Source: a virus
Lineage: Duplodnaviria > Caudoviricetes
IMG/VR virus record: IMGVR_UViG_3300027804_000077
Location: 1-56,046 of that record
DNA length: 56,046 nucleotides
Direction: 5' to 3' (one strand)
The translations under genes and the position numbers were made by a program. Of the stretch, positions 38,822 through 48,391 are shown in pieces. Below the pieces are notes generated by a model. That model saw nothing but the letters and a program-made list of their open reading frames with translations. It did not search any database and had not been told where the DNA came from. Within the stretch, counting starts at the first letter, position 1. Each line of letters opens with the position of its first letter.

Positions 38822-39361
38822 TTAAGACGTTGCAAACGGTGTAGCAGGAACACTTGTGCAATTAATAACGCCGGTCACCATGTACTTCAACGCTGCTACC
38901 GCAACAATCTGAACCCACGTACCTGCAACACCACCTGTCGTCGTACCGTTCAGGTTAATGAAGTCATCGTTTGCACCAGCCGTGAACCCAGCCATAGCGC
39001 CAGAAGAATCCGTATCAACAGAAAGGATTGACCCAACAAAACGATCTGTGCCATCCGTAGCGATCTTTAGCGAAGACGTGGAGATGGTGGTTGGAACCCA
39101 AATGGTGTAAACCACACCTTCGTTATTAGCCGTGTTGGGGTCATTACCGGGGCCAGACGAAGAAGCGTTTGCCGAAGTATTAATGGTAGGCAGTGTTAAC
39201 TGCACGTTAGCAGCAAGAGAACCACCAACAGAAATAATCCTGCCGCCGTGATCTACGGGGGTAAGCGTGGTACTAGAAGTAATTTCTACGATGGTAGATG
39301 GACCTTGCTGGTAGATGCCGCCAAGAGAGCGGACCGGTCCTTGGAATGTGGTGCGAGCCAT
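38822..39361 (-). CDS. Virion structural protein (capsid-associated fibre/decoration-like)
   Basis: MARTTFQGPVRS start, TLP, INLNGTTTGG and ATPFAT end; GAGGA RBS. Confidence 0.7.
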   Translation of the reverse strand: MARTTFQGPVRSLGGIYQQGPSTIVEITSSTTLTPVDHGGRIISVGGSLAANVQLTLPTINTSANASSSGPGNDPNTANNEGVVYTIWVPTTISTSSLKIATDGTDRFVGSILSVDTDSSGAMAGFTAGANDDFINLNGTTTGGVAGTWVQIVAVAALKYMVTGVINCTSVPATPFATS

Positions 39362-39367
39362 ATTGTC

Positions 39368-39443
39368 CTCACATGCGATGTCGGTGTATTAGTCTGCATG
39401 TTGTCAGCCGGGACTGTCTAATACACCGGGCTAACCCCGGAAT
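39368..39443 (-). ncRNA. Structured cis RNA, probable Mu-gpT-DE motif
   Basis: Perfect 11-bp stem (39382-39392 with 39418-39428) whose loop can pair twice more (CCGGG/CCCGG and ACAUGC/GCAUGU); lies downstream of a Mu gpT-like capsid gene. Confidence 0.6.
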
Positions 39444-39449
39444 ATCAGT

Positions 39450-39478
39450 GTTGTATCAGGTTGTGGGGGGTGTGTCAA
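39450..39478 (-). promoter_or_regulatory. Sigma70-type promoter overlapping the end of the HNH gene
   Basis: Minus strand TTGACA, 17 bp spacer, TACAAC with an extended TG. Confidence 0.6.
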
Positions 39479-40058
39479 TAAGCTTGTTGGACTTCAATAA
39501 ATTCTCCTGACGAGGAATAACTCTAAGGTTCCAAGGTACGTGCAAGCCACATACAAATTCAGAACGTAAAGGAACGATATGATCGACAACATACTGCTCT
39601 CCGGTAGTTTTGGTCATTGTTATAGCTATTTTGTATAGCTCCCTAATCTGCCCCTTTTGTTCGCGCGTTAACCATTTAGGAGTGGCTAGTCTATGTTTCC
39701 TTCTTCTAGCTTTGGTGTCTGCACGAACCCAAACCGTGTTACGTTCTTTCCACGCCTTTTGATATACCCGCTTAACTTCTAACGGGCGTGTAGCAGCAGC
39801 TTGAATAACTTGCTCTCGGTTAGCTTCATACCATCCATTCTTACGATCTTTAACATCCTCCCGTTTGTTGTACTCTCGGAAATAGTCTGCGCGTTTTTCT
39901 GCTGCTTGTTGCCATTCAACCTTTAGACACTCAACACAAGCACCTTTTGTTTTACGAGGAGCTATGTGCCCATGCTTGCAGGGTTCTCCTGTGAAGTAAT
40001 ACTTTGCCCCAATGTCTTGGGCTTCTTTACGAGTTTTGGGTAGGGTTGTGGTATCCAT
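39456..40058 (-). CDS. HNH homing endonuclease with N-terminal Cys/His cluster
   Basis: YFTGEPCKHGH...CVEC; VDHIVPL...CGLHVPWNLRVI...N..KSN. Confidence 0.9.
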   Translation of the reverse strand: MDTTTLPKTRKEAQDIGAKYYFTGEPCKHGHIAPRKTKGACVECLKVEWQQAAEKRADYFREYNKREDVKDRKNGWYEANREQVIQAAATRPLEVKRVYQKAWKERNTVWVRADTKARRRKHRLATPKWLTREQKGQIRELYKIAITMTKTTGEQYVVDHIVPLRSEFVCGLHVPWNLRVIPRQENLLKSNKLIDTPPTT

Positions 40059-40065
40059 TTGTTCT

Positions 40066-40097
40066 CCTGTGACTTAGTAACAGGTAATCTACCACAA
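40066..40097 (-). promoter_or_regulatory. Extended -10 promoter and RBS-occluding hairpin of the HNH gene
   Basis: Minus strand TTGTGG-TAGATT followed by CCTGT...ACAGG, which overlaps the AGGAG RBS. Confidence 0.5.
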
Positions 40098-40111
40098 AAG
40101 TTTGAAAAAAC

Positions 40112-40137
40112 AAAAAACCCCGCCGAAGCGGGGTTTT
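40112..40137 (-). terminator. Intrinsic terminator after the major capsid gene
   Basis: Minus strand AAAACCCCGC-TTCG-GCGGGGTTTTTT. Confidence 0.9.
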
Positions 40138-40160
40138 CTGCGCTAAGTGCTTGATTTACA

Positions 40161-41069
40161 TCAAGCGCCAGGGCTACCGAAAATTCCAAGCGGATCAGAA
40201 ACACCGAAACTATAACGCTCACGGGCTTTATACCGTACGTTCCCAGTGTCGAAGTCTCCATCCATTGAGTTCTGCATCGGTGTGCGAACAAAATGCTTCA
40301 GGCCGTTAGGCACATCAGTCGTCAGGAACCATGCGTTGGTATCGGTCAAATAGTGGTTGACCGTATAGCCTTCGGGGATGGAACCCATCATCTTCAGTGC
40401 GTTAACGTCGTTGTCAGCCGTAGCCACACGAAGCTCGGTTTGCAGCAAACGAGTTGCCGTAAACATGAGGTTTGGAGGAACGACCAACTTGCGGGGCTTT
40501 GCAGCGATCAGCAACCCACGTTCATCAGTCCACGCAGCAATTTGAATCACTGCATTTTCCAACGAGGTTTCGTTGAGATCCGAGTTAGTTGCGGGGCGGT
40601 TGCTGTTAACACCACCAGAAACCAGCGGATGCGAAGTCGAGAACAAAGGCTGACCGTCACCATAGGTAACGCTTGAGCTAAAGCCGTTGTTCAGAACTGC
40701 TGCTGCCTTCACCTCTTTGGTGTAGTACATCGCACGAGCAAGTGCCTTGGTGTAACGAGCAGACAAGCTGTCGTACAAGTTATCCTCAATCGCTTCTTCA
40801 GTGATCGAGAATCCAAGTGCAATAGTTTCATGCGTATAGCGAGCAGTCCAAGCTTCCTGCGCGTTGTCATAACTTATTGCAGAACCCTCGTTTTTGACAG
40901 GGGCTGCGCTAAATCCTGACAGCTTGGTTTCTTCCTCGAAAGAACGCTCGGAAGTCTCTGTTTCGTAGATTTCCTTGTGCTCTTCGCCATACTTTGCATA
41001 CTCCAGACCGAACAATGCGTTCAGGCCGGGGAGAAGCTCTTTCAGTAGTTGTGCGCGTGAAATAGCCAT
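40161..41069 (-). CDS. Major capsid protein (Mu gpT-like family)
   Basis: 302 aa; MAISRAQLLKELLPGLNALFG, KLVVPP.L, YLTD.NAWF and YKARERYSFG; followed by a strong terminator. Confidence 0.9.
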   Translation of the reverse strand: MAISRAQLLKELLPGLNALFGLEYAKYGEEHKEIYETETSERSFEEETKLSGFSAAPVKNEGSAISYDNAQEAWTARYTHETIALGFSITEEAIEDNLYDSLSARYTKALARAMYYTKEVKAAAVLNNGFSSSVTYGDGQPLFSTSHPLVSGGVNSNRPATNSDLNETSLENAVIQIAAWTDERGLLIAAKPRKLVVPPNLMFTATRLLQTELRVATADNDVNALKMMGSIPEGYTVNHYLTDTNAWFLTTDVPNGLKHFVRTPMQNSMDGDFDTGNVRYKARERYSFGVSDPLGIFGSPGA

Positions 41070-41084
41070 TTAATTTCCCCTTCC

Positions 41085-41777
41085 TTACACGCCAGTTGGG
41101 TTGAGATACTGATGTCCACCAGCAACTGTCTGTCCTGTTACGTTCGGTGCGTTGAACTTAACAATAAACTCACAGAAATTGCCGCTAGAGTTAGCAGTAT
41201 CAGGAACCACATCAATGATACGAATTGGCAATGTAGCAGTGGTCGTACCGCCAGCAGCACTATAAATGCCAATGGTGGAATCGCCAGATTGCGCGTTACT
41301 ATTTGTACCGTCATATGTGGTGTTTTGCACGATTTGAGCATTACTACCAATCATCGTGCGGCCCAAGAAAGCCACAGATAGACCAGAAGTTGTGTCATTT
41401 GCCGTTGTGCCAGCGACCAAAACAGCTTTAAAGAGCTGGTCAGGATCATCAGCAACATAAGCATAAATCGTCGATCCGCTTACAACTGACAGGCTGGCAG
41501 GGTAATACTGCGACCAAACAGGCTGTTTTGTTGATGCGTTAACATACTGACACCCTAAAAATACACCTACAGGTGTAGCAGTAGAGGTGCCCGTGTCTTT
41601 CTCAATGGTGCCATCTGAAACAATTTTGACAATATCGCCATAGAAAATATTGGTGTTGTAGCCTGTACCAGTTGTATTTGCAATGACTAATTGACGAGTT
41701 GCTCCAGCAAACACCTGACCACCGATCAAATTGACCGGCTTTAGACCATAAGGTCTGTCGATAGTCGGGTAAGCCAT
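41085..41777 (-). CDS. Capsid decoration/minor head protein
   Basis: PYGLKPV...IFYGDIV...GVFLGC.Y...DDPD; immediately upstream of the major capsid gene. Confidence 0.7.
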   Translation of the reverse strand: MAYPTIDRPYGLKPVNLIGGQVFAGATRQLVIANTTGTGYNTNIFYGDIVKIVSDGTIEKDTGTSTATPVGVFLGCQYVNASTKQPVWSQYYPASLSVVSGSTIYAYVADDPDQLFKAVLVAGTTANDTTSGLSVAFLGRTMIGSNAQIVQNTTYDGTNSNAQSGDSTIGIYSAAGGTTTATLPIRIIDVVPDTANSSGNFCEFIVKFNAPNVTGQTVAGGHQYLNPTGV

Positions 41778-41790
41778 TTTGGATTAACTC

Positions 41791-42267
41791 CTACGATTGT
41801 TGATTACTACGTCCGAATGAAACCGTGGTTTTGCGCTCTGAAAACAGAGGCATCCTTGGATCATTCTCGCGCATGAAGTGATTGTCAACAGATCGGATTT
41901 GAGCTTCGGCTTGCTGTTGATAATAAGCATTCCGTTGATCAACCATTTCTGTTGGCGTTTTGCACAGTAACAACCCACCCACCACGACATTATCTTTAAA
42001 ACGAGCATTGTCATTATCAAGATACATCGAGATTTCGGGATGGTCTTCTGCGCGAACAGGCTCCCAACCTTCACGGATTTTGGATGACACATTGCGTGGG
42101 TCGGCTTGACCCAGCGTACTGACACGAATCCAGCGATAGGTATACCCAGCTTCAGGTGTAGGGTCAGGCAGCAGCGTGGGCGGTGCCCAGCTACGAGGAC
42201 GCTCATCTTTAGCGCGTGTACCTAATTCGCGGTTTAAGCGATTTTCAACTGTTTTAGTATCAGCCAT
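41791..42267 (-). CDS. Head-module protein of unknown function
   Basis: W.PP..LP.P...YRWIR...REGWEPV...GGLLLCK. Confidence 0.7.
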   Translation of the reverse strand: MADTKTVENRLNRELGTRAKDERPRSWAPPTLLPDPTPEAGYTYRWIRVSTLGQADPRNVSSKIREGWEPVRAEDHPEISMYLDNDNARFKDNVVVGGLLLCKTPTEMVDQRNAYYQQQAEAQIRSVDNHFMRENDPRMPLFSERKTTVSFGRSNQQS

Positions 42268-43201
42268 TTGTCATTCCTTCCGCCACTTTTCGGGCATATG
42301 CTTCAAGAGGGATACGTAACTTCTTAGCTAGTGCAACCTGAGTTTGCGTCAACGTGATTTTCTTAGGTGCAACGTTTCTGCTAGCCGGGGCTACAACATT
42401 ACTGCTCGTCCGTTTCGGTTTTTCCTCCTGCTTCTCTACACCATCAGAAAAGTTTTCGGGGAATACCTGCCGTAATCTACCGTTGAGCCGTTCATAATAA
42501 TCATCTGAAGTCGGATCAACTCCATTTTTGACCAATTTCTCATGCAGCCCCAGAGCAAAGCTGGTCATTTCCTCATCGGTTCCAAACCACTGATTTTGGC
42601 GTTGCCACGCAAGTGCTTTAGAATCTACTTGAGGCGCTGGGGCGAGTTGTGGTTGCATATTTACAGGAACTTCACGTTCTTGTAAAGGGGTGGGTTTAAA
42701 ATTACTAACCCTGTCAAGCTTTAATTTCGCTGCGGTTAATTCTTCCTGAGCCGCAACAATTTGATCTGCATCGCCAGCATCATAGGCTTCTTTATATTTC
42801 TTGCGAGCTTTATCTAATTCAAGCTCTACAGCCTGTTTAACAGAACCAACCAAAAGAGTTTCGTTAGTCCCTAGATTTTTTTGAAGTCGTTTATTCTCTT
42901 CAATAATCTGTTGGGCAAACTTCAACGCCTCTTCACGTTCCCGTAAAGCTGCCTCTTTAGCACGACGTTCGTCGTGGTATCCATGCGACAACTTCTTAAT
43001 TCGCTTCTGAACACCTTCGTCGTATTTAGAAAGCTCGTCATCAGTTACTTCATTGACAGGCTCTTCAAGCGGTTTACGCCCTTTATCCTGCGGGGGCGTG
43101 TCGTCAACGACTTCAATCTCAAACTCAACGTCGTCTTTGGCCTTCTTTTCAGGCTCACGTTCGTCTGGAAATTTATACTCTACCTTTTCAAAATCTGCCA
43201 T
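42260..43201 (-). CDS. Capsid scaffolding protein (putative)
   Basis: Acidic N-terminus, coiled coil, NQWFG and C-terminal LTQTQVALAKKL..P.EAYA; located between portal and major capsid genes. Confidence 0.7.
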   Translation of the reverse strand: MADFEKVEYKFPDEREPEKKAKDDVEFEIEVVDDTPPQDKGRKPLEEPVNEVTDDELSKYDEGVQKRIKKLSHGYHDERRAKEAALREREEALKFAQQIIEENKRLQKNLGTNETLLVGSVKQAVELELDKARKKYKEAYDAGDADQIVAAQEELTAAKLKLDRVSNFKPTPLQEREVPVNMQPQLAPAPQVDSKALAWQRQNQWFGTDEEMTSFALGLHEKLVKNGVDPTSDDYYERLNGRLRQVFPENFSDGVEKQEEKPKRTSSNVVAPASRNVAPKKITLTQTQVALAKKLRIPLEAYARKVAEGMTNG

Positions 43202-43209
43202 ATATCACC

Positions 43210-43587
43210 TCACGCACGTTGAATGCCACGGGGGTCTTCCACCACAGCTTCAACGGAATCATCGTTAATAATCCGAAACTCGCGGTCGTGAATCTTGATG
43301 CGAGTGCCGGTGTTGGCACGGGTAATAATGAAATCCCCTGGTTTACACCACGGTCCCGTGGGGAATCGGTTCTGATCGGCATACGCCATATCACCAAGTG
43401 CTACAACGAAGAGCACGTTACTCAGTAACTCTTCAAACTTGACGGTAGCGTCTGCCTTAATAATCCCACTATCAAACTTATTTTCGATGTTAGGTAAGGT
43501 GCAAAGAATCTTGTACCCTTTAACAATCGGCAATTGCTTGGCTTTTAGCTGAACATCTTCAATTACAGCTTGAGCTGCATCAGTCAT
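43210..43587 (-). CDS. groES: GroES/Cpn10-like co-chaperonin
   Basis: GYKIL...SGII...VVALGD..Y...CKPGDFI...GTRIKI..REFRIINDDSVEAVV. Confidence 0.8.
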   Translation of the reverse strand: MTDAAQAVIEDVQLKAKQLPIVKGYKILCTLPNIENKFDSGIIKADATVKFEELLSNVLFVVALGDMAYADQNRFPTGPWCKPGDFIITRANTGTRIKIHDREFRIINDDSVEAVVEDPRGIQRA

Positions 43588-43783
43588 TTTCAAATTCCTC
43601 ATATCGTTGCACAAGGTCTTGTACTTCCATCCTTGCACGGCGCAGACCTTGGATTACGCCGCACAAATTTCTATATTCAGCAAAGTCTTTACAGTTCCCT
43701 TCAGCCATTGCGTCACTTACTTCCCGCTCTCGTTCTTTGAGTTTGTTAAATAAGTGATCTAGCATTTGCCGCTCATGAGTCAT
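43580..43783 (-). CDS. Hypothetical protein (67 aa)
   Basis: DFAEYRNLCGVIQGL; coupled to the portal stop codon. Confidence 0.75.
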   Translation of the reverse strand: MTHERQMLDHLFNKLKEREREVSDAMAEGNCKDFAEYRNLCGVIQGLRRARMEVQDLVQRYEEFEND

Positions 43784-46164
43784 TAACCACCTCGTTTCAT
43801 CACAGATTTAAGGATGTCAGCTTGGATCTTTTTATCCTCACGCTTATCTTGGCTTTGCAGTCGGATGTTTTCCTTCTGAGCCTCAAGAGCGATCCGCTCA
43901 CGCTCGTTCTGTAGCCTACCCTGAGCCAGCGCAACGTCAGCTTGATCCTTAGCAGCTTTGCGTTGCTGCTCCATACCTTTGATTTGAAGCTCTTGTTGCT
44001 GCATCTGAACCAGCGGATCTGCTGCCATCTGTTGAGACTGTTGCTGTGCAGCTTGAGCTTGATGGATCTGTAGAACTTGTTGAGCTGCTTCTGCTACGTA
44101 CTTAGCCATAGCTAATTCTTCAGCTTCAGATATATCTTGCTCCGGCCCAGGCAATGGTGCACCCACACGCTGTTCAATCTCTTGACGGTACTGGAACCCT
44201 AAGTGCTCGGCAACGTGCGCCATCATCGCAGCTTGCATCTGCTGACCCATAGGACTTTGCCCAACCATCTGTGCAATCTTGGGATCTTGTATGAATGACA
44301 TATGCGTTGTGATATGCGCTTGATGATCCTGATAGATAAAGGCTTTTAGCGGCACACCCTTGAGTGCGTTCATGTTCTCAGTCACCGGATCTTTGGGCTT
44401 CTGGTCATCCGGCAGGGGTACTAGTTTGTCGGCGTTAGGAATACCCAGCACATCTAACATCTGCCTATGCAGACGTGGTAAGTCATATAACTGAGGCGCA
44501 CCTTGGGCTAGTTGTAAAGCGGCTTGATACTGCACAACCCGCTGAGCCATCGTCGAGGCGTTGGGATCAGACACAGGAATAACTTCAACAATGTCGTAGT
44601 CCTCAGCCTTAACCTGCGGTGTGCCATCCTGCGGCACGTAGCTGTAATCAGGTGAGGTGTACTCCCTGATAATTTCTTTGAGCAGCTTGAACTCTTCTTT
44701 CATCGCCGCATGGATGCGAGCCTGCACAGCACCCATTGTTTTTAACTGCCGCTCAAGCAGTGCCAGCGTCGTACCCACCGGAGCCTGACTCGACATATCG
44801 CTGATCTTCATATCAGCCATACCACTGAGCCGTCGTGCTTCTTCGGTGATTTGGTTTAGTAAGGCGAGGAGAACCTGACTGGGTTCTTTGTAAGGAAGCG
44901 GCAGAATGTTGTCTCTGATCGCACCCCCCGGTACGTCCACATCTCGCCATTCACCCGGAGCGATAGGGGTGTCATCGCCTTTGATCCGCAGCCCACGAGC
45001 CTTTAACCCACCGGGAAGATTAGATAGCGACCCTGCATCCACCAACTGACGTATCAGCATGGTGCCTGCCGTGGCGTAGCCACCGATAATGTGGATCAAC
45101 CCGAAGCCGTAAGCACCAAACCCAGGGATGTACATATAGTGTACAAAGTGCTGACGCGCACGTTTCTGAGGGTCGTCTTCTTTATAGTTACGCCGTATAG
45201 CCAAAACTTTGTTGGTATTTTTGTCGATAGTAATGACGTAGGGTAGTGGCAGTTCTTCCTCATACCCCGGCAAGTCATACTCGATATGCACCTCGCATAT
45301 CTGATACCGCTCATCTTTAGTCGGCTCTTGGCCTTCTTTCTGCGCCTTAGCTTTCTCAATATCGGTCTGACTGGCGTAAGGCTCACCAAGATCTACATCC
45401 CGATAAAACCCACTTACCTGTAACTTCTTAACGTCATTCTTAGTCTTACGCATGATGTGCGTAAGGCGGTCTGTACGTCTAATGTTTGTTACACCATAAG
45501 GAAGAATGACATCCTCGGCAGGTACATAGAACGAAACTTGGCGCTCTAACGATGGGTCGTAGTAGACCTTCTTAAATGACGAACCTGCCAGCGCAACACC
45601 CCATAACGCACGTTCGTGCTCTGACCGATACTCAGGCATCTTGTCAGTTAGCTGATAGTTCATATCAGCCTTCACCCGCTTACCTGCTTCTTCAATAGCA
45701 GGGGTAAACTGACCAATGATCTGCGTCTTTACAGGCCCACCTGCCGGAAATGTCTCCATGATGGATTCGCTTTGGAAGCGAATCGCAGATTCTGTAAGTA
45801 GTGTGGAGAACACCCCACAAGCACCATCCCAAGGCTCAGTTACCTCGTCATAACGTAGGCCCAGCACATCCAAGCCCTTAACATAGGTATCCGCCCAATC
45901 CTTACGCGAAGTAATGTCCGCTTCAACCATCTCCATCACATCGCTGGCAACTTTCTGTAAGTCACCTTCTTTCATGAACTCGGCTAGATTAGAGTCAAAC
46001 TCTTCTTCCTCGTTTTCACCCCCCGGCTCAATCTCAAGCTCAAGCCCACCTACACCAATCGTTACGGATTCAGGGTCTTCGATCTCAATCTCAATAGGTG
46101 CTTCTTCAAGCGCCAAGGCTTCAAGTCCTTCGGGCATCTCATACAGTGCTTTATCAATAGCCAT
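43783..46164 (-). CDS. Portal protein
   Basis: 793 aa directly after TerL; SRKDW, GSSFKKVYYD and YGFGLIH; Gln-rich C-terminal coiled coil as in P22-type portals. Confidence 0.85.
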   Translation of the reverse strand: MAIDKALYEMPEGLEALALEEAPIEIEIEDPESVTIGVGGLELEIEPGGENEEEEFDSNLAEFMKEGDLQKVASDVMEMVEADITSRKDWADTYVKGLDVLGLRYDEVTEPWDGACGVFSTLLTESAIRFQSESIMETFPAGGPVKTQIIGQFTPAIEEAGKRVKADMNYQLTDKMPEYRSEHERALWGVALAGSSFKKVYYDPSLERQVSFYVPAEDVILPYGVTNIRRTDRLTHIMRKTKNDVKKLQVSGFYRDVDLGEPYASQTDIEKAKAQKEGQEPTKDERYQICEVHIEYDLPGYEEELPLPYVITIDKNTNKVLAIRRNYKEDDPQKRARQHFVHYMYIPGFGAYGFGLIHIIGGYATAGTMLIRQLVDAGSLSNLPGGLKARGLRIKGDDTPIAPGEWRDVDVPGGAIRDNILPLPYKEPSQVLLALLNQITEEARRLSGMADMKISDMSSQAPVGTTLALLERQLKTMGAVQARIHAAMKEEFKLLKEIIREYTSPDYSYVPQDGTPQVKAEDYDIVEVIPVSDPNASTMAQRVVQYQAALQLAQGAPQLYDLPRLHRQMLDVLGIPNADKLVPLPDDQKPKDPVTENMNALKGVPLKAFIYQDHQAHITTHMSFIQDPKIAQMVGQSPMGQQMQAAMMAHVAEHLGFQYRQEIEQRVGAPLPGPEQDISEAEELAMAKYVAEAAQQVLQIHQAQAAQQQSQQMAADPLVQMQQQELQIKGMEQQRKAAKDQADVALAQGRLQNERERIALEAQKENIRLQSQDKREDKKIQADILKSVMKRGG

Positions 46165-46173
46165 GATTCATTC

Positions 46174-47712
46174 CTAACTTAAGTAGTACCCACGCTTAGC
46201 GCCACGGAACCCACGGAAGTATTGCAACTCATCAGGTTCATCTGTTGGAAGGCGCAAAAACCCGCCATTCCTAAACCTTGCTAATGCTAGCGTAGTTGCA
46301 TCCACATAGTCATCATGCTCGCCTGCTGGGAAAGCTGCAATCTCATCGATAAGTTCTTCTGCCCATCGAGTGTTTGGCACCCACACACGCCCCGACTGAA
46401 TGATGTCAGACACCGAATTGAGTCGAGTTATCTTGTCGTTGCCCTTGCTGGGGGTAAACTCTGACACTGGCACACCCATCCGACGCAACTCTTGGTAGAG
46501 CGAGATACCTGATACCTTCTTTTCCACGATTAATGCGTCAGGTTCATACTCTTTATGCAGTTCTAACACCTTCTTCTTTAGTTCATAGAACTCAAGTCGT
46601 GCTTTATAGGCATCTAAGAGGATGATGTTTGTCTCACCTTCCTCAGTTGTCCAGATACCCCACGTTGTACACGCAGAAAAGTCCGAACGATTAGTCGTTT
46701 CGTACGCCGTATCCCACGACTGAATAATGAAATCGCATCTTGGAGGATCATCTTTTTCCCATACCTTCCACCATTCGCGCTTAACGATGGCACCTTCTTC
46801 AGAAGTCGGCTGTTGCTGGTACTGAGCTTGCCATTTTGAGTTAGGAAGCTCCTCTTTTAGTGCAGAAAGCTCATCTAACGACCAAAATTCAGGCCAAAGT
46901 GGGTTACCAGAGGGCAAAATAGCAGGAAATTCGATCACTTCCCACTCATCACCCCCTCTTTGCAGCGAATTTTTGATAACTTGACCCGTTAAATCCCTCA
47001 AACCCCACCGAGTCATCACGATGACGATAGCTCCCCCCGGTTGCAGACGCTGTCTTGGGCCTGATGTGTACCACTCATAGACCTTATCGTAGATTTCTGG
47101 GTTGACTGCTGCCAGCGCAGCCTCTTGTTCCGAATGTGGGTCGTCAATAATTAACAGGTCCGCACCCTTACCTGTCACCGCACCACCTACGCCAATAGCA
47201 AAATATTCACCACCTTTGTTTGTATTCCATCGACCAGCAGCTTTTGAGTCAGCTTGCAGTCCTACACCAGGGAAAATATCTTTATAAACATCCTGATCAA
47301 CAAGGTTTCGCACCTTTCTACCAAACCCAACCGATAACTCTGCTGTATGCGCGGTCTGGATTACTTTTTTATGAGGGAACTTTCCCAAGAACCAAGCAGG
47401 TAGAAGGTAAGAAGCAAATTCAGACTTAGTATGACGAGGAGGCATATTAATAATAAGGCGTTTAACTTCCCCCCTAGCGACTCTTTCAAAAGCCGCAGCC
47501 ATTCGCACATGATGTCTACCATCCACAAATGTAGGCCAAACTCGTTTTACAAACTTAATAAACCGTTCCTTACATACTTCCTGACTTTTTAATTTCTCAA
47601 GTTTTTGTAATCGCAGATTTAAATCACGCAAATCACTTTCAGACAATCCTGAAATATTATTTAACAATGCAGATAAACTTGCATTATCTTGTGTAGGCTG
47701 TGAATTAATCAT
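46174..47712 (-). CDS. terL: Terminase large subunit
   Basis: NMPPRHTKS (Walker A), LLIIDDP (Walker B), VMTRW, YQQQP, SWDTA and HDDYVDA nuclease motifs. Confidence 0.95.
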   Translation of the reverse strand: MINSQPTQDNASLSALLNNISGLSESDLRDLNLRLQKLEKLKSQEVCKERFIKFVKRVWPTFVDGRHHVRMAAAFERVARGEVKRLIINMPPRHTKSEFASYLLPAWFLGKFPHKKVIQTAHTAELSVGFGRKVRNLVDQDVYKDIFPGVGLQADSKAAGRWNTNKGGEYFAIGVGGAVTGKGADLLIIDDPHSEQEAALAAVNPEIYDKVYEWYTSGPRQRLQPGGAIVIVMTRWGLRDLTGQVIKNSLQRGGDEWEVIEFPAILPSGNPLWPEFWSLDELSALKEELPNSKWQAQYQQQPTSEEGAIVKREWWKVWEKDDPPRCDFIIQSWDTAYETTNRSDFSACTTWGIWTTEEGETNIILLDAYKARLEFYELKKKVLELHKEYEPDALIVEKKVSGISLYQELRRMGVPVSEFTPSKGNDKITRLNSVSDIIQSGRVWVPNTRWAEELIDEIAAFPAGEHDDYVDATTLALARFRNGGFLRLPTDEPDELQYFRGFRGAKRGYYLS

Positions 47713-48325
47713 CGACAGGTTCAGTTATTAATTCAGCATCTAATTCTTTTAATAGGTTTGGTGTGGCTATACCCAACTCTTCATCTAAACTTTTTATTGG
47801 CACTATATCTACGTCAGTAGCGCCACCTACTAATAAGCGTTTAATACGTTCTTTAATCTCTGCTTCTAAGTCAGCAGAATTTTTATGGGTGACGGTTATC
47901 TCACTGCGCTCGGTAAATACACCAATGTCGCTGTGTTTACCTAATAACTCCAGAGCTTTTATTTCTATTTTAGTATCGCCACAGGTTGCAAGCTCTACAA
48001 GCTTAGCAGTAATAAACTGCCGCGCCTGCACAATATCTGCAAATACTGGAGAGTCGTACTTAGCAATAATCGTTCGCAGGGTTGCAGCAACCCCGCCGTT
48101 CATAAGTTCTTTTTTAGCTTTACGCGCAGGTACCCCTTTACCCGCCTGTCTAAATAACTCTTCGGCTTTGGCAGCGTCGTCGGGGTCCATCTCTAGAGGC
48201 ATCCCCAACTGATTTAGTAGCAGAGCCGTATCGCCTGCAACAACCATCTTTTCTTTTATGTGCTCAGGTTCCTCTGCGGAGAGGTCAAACGGCACGGGTT
48301 TATCTTTAGTTGGTTCTACGTTCAT
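47705..48325 (-). CDS. terS: Terminase small subunit (putative)
   Basis: Immediately upstream of TerL; IKALELLGK..DIGVFTER. Confidence 0.7.
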   Translation of the reverse strand: MNVEPTKDKPVPFDLSAEEPEHIKEKMVVAGDTALLLNQLGMPLEMDPDDAAKAEELFRQAGKGVPARKAKKELMNGGVAATLRTIIAKYDSPVFADIVQARQFITAKLVELATCGDTKIEIKALELLGKHSDIGVFTERSEITVTHKNSADLEAEIKERIKRLLVGGATDVDIVPIKSLDEELGIATPNLLKELDAELITEPVDD

Positions 48326-48362
48326 CGCGGGAATAGGGGCACCGAGATTGAGATAGCTGCTG

Positions 48363-48391
48363 ACTCTATATGCAAATAATAATTTTGTAAA
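48363..48391 (-). promoter_or_regulatory. Candidate late-operon promoter
   Basis: Minus strand TTTACA, 17 bp spacer, TAGAGT in an AT-rich patch upstream of terS. Confidence 0.45.

Noticed and set aside
39368-39443. Hammerhead ribozyme
   Set aside because: It has CUGACAA rather than CUGAnGA and no matching GAAA core.
41784-42206. Alternative-frame 140-aa ORF overlapping 41791-42267
   Set aside because: The 158-aa frame has an SD, coupling to the scaffold gene and a protein-like composition; the alternative frame does not.
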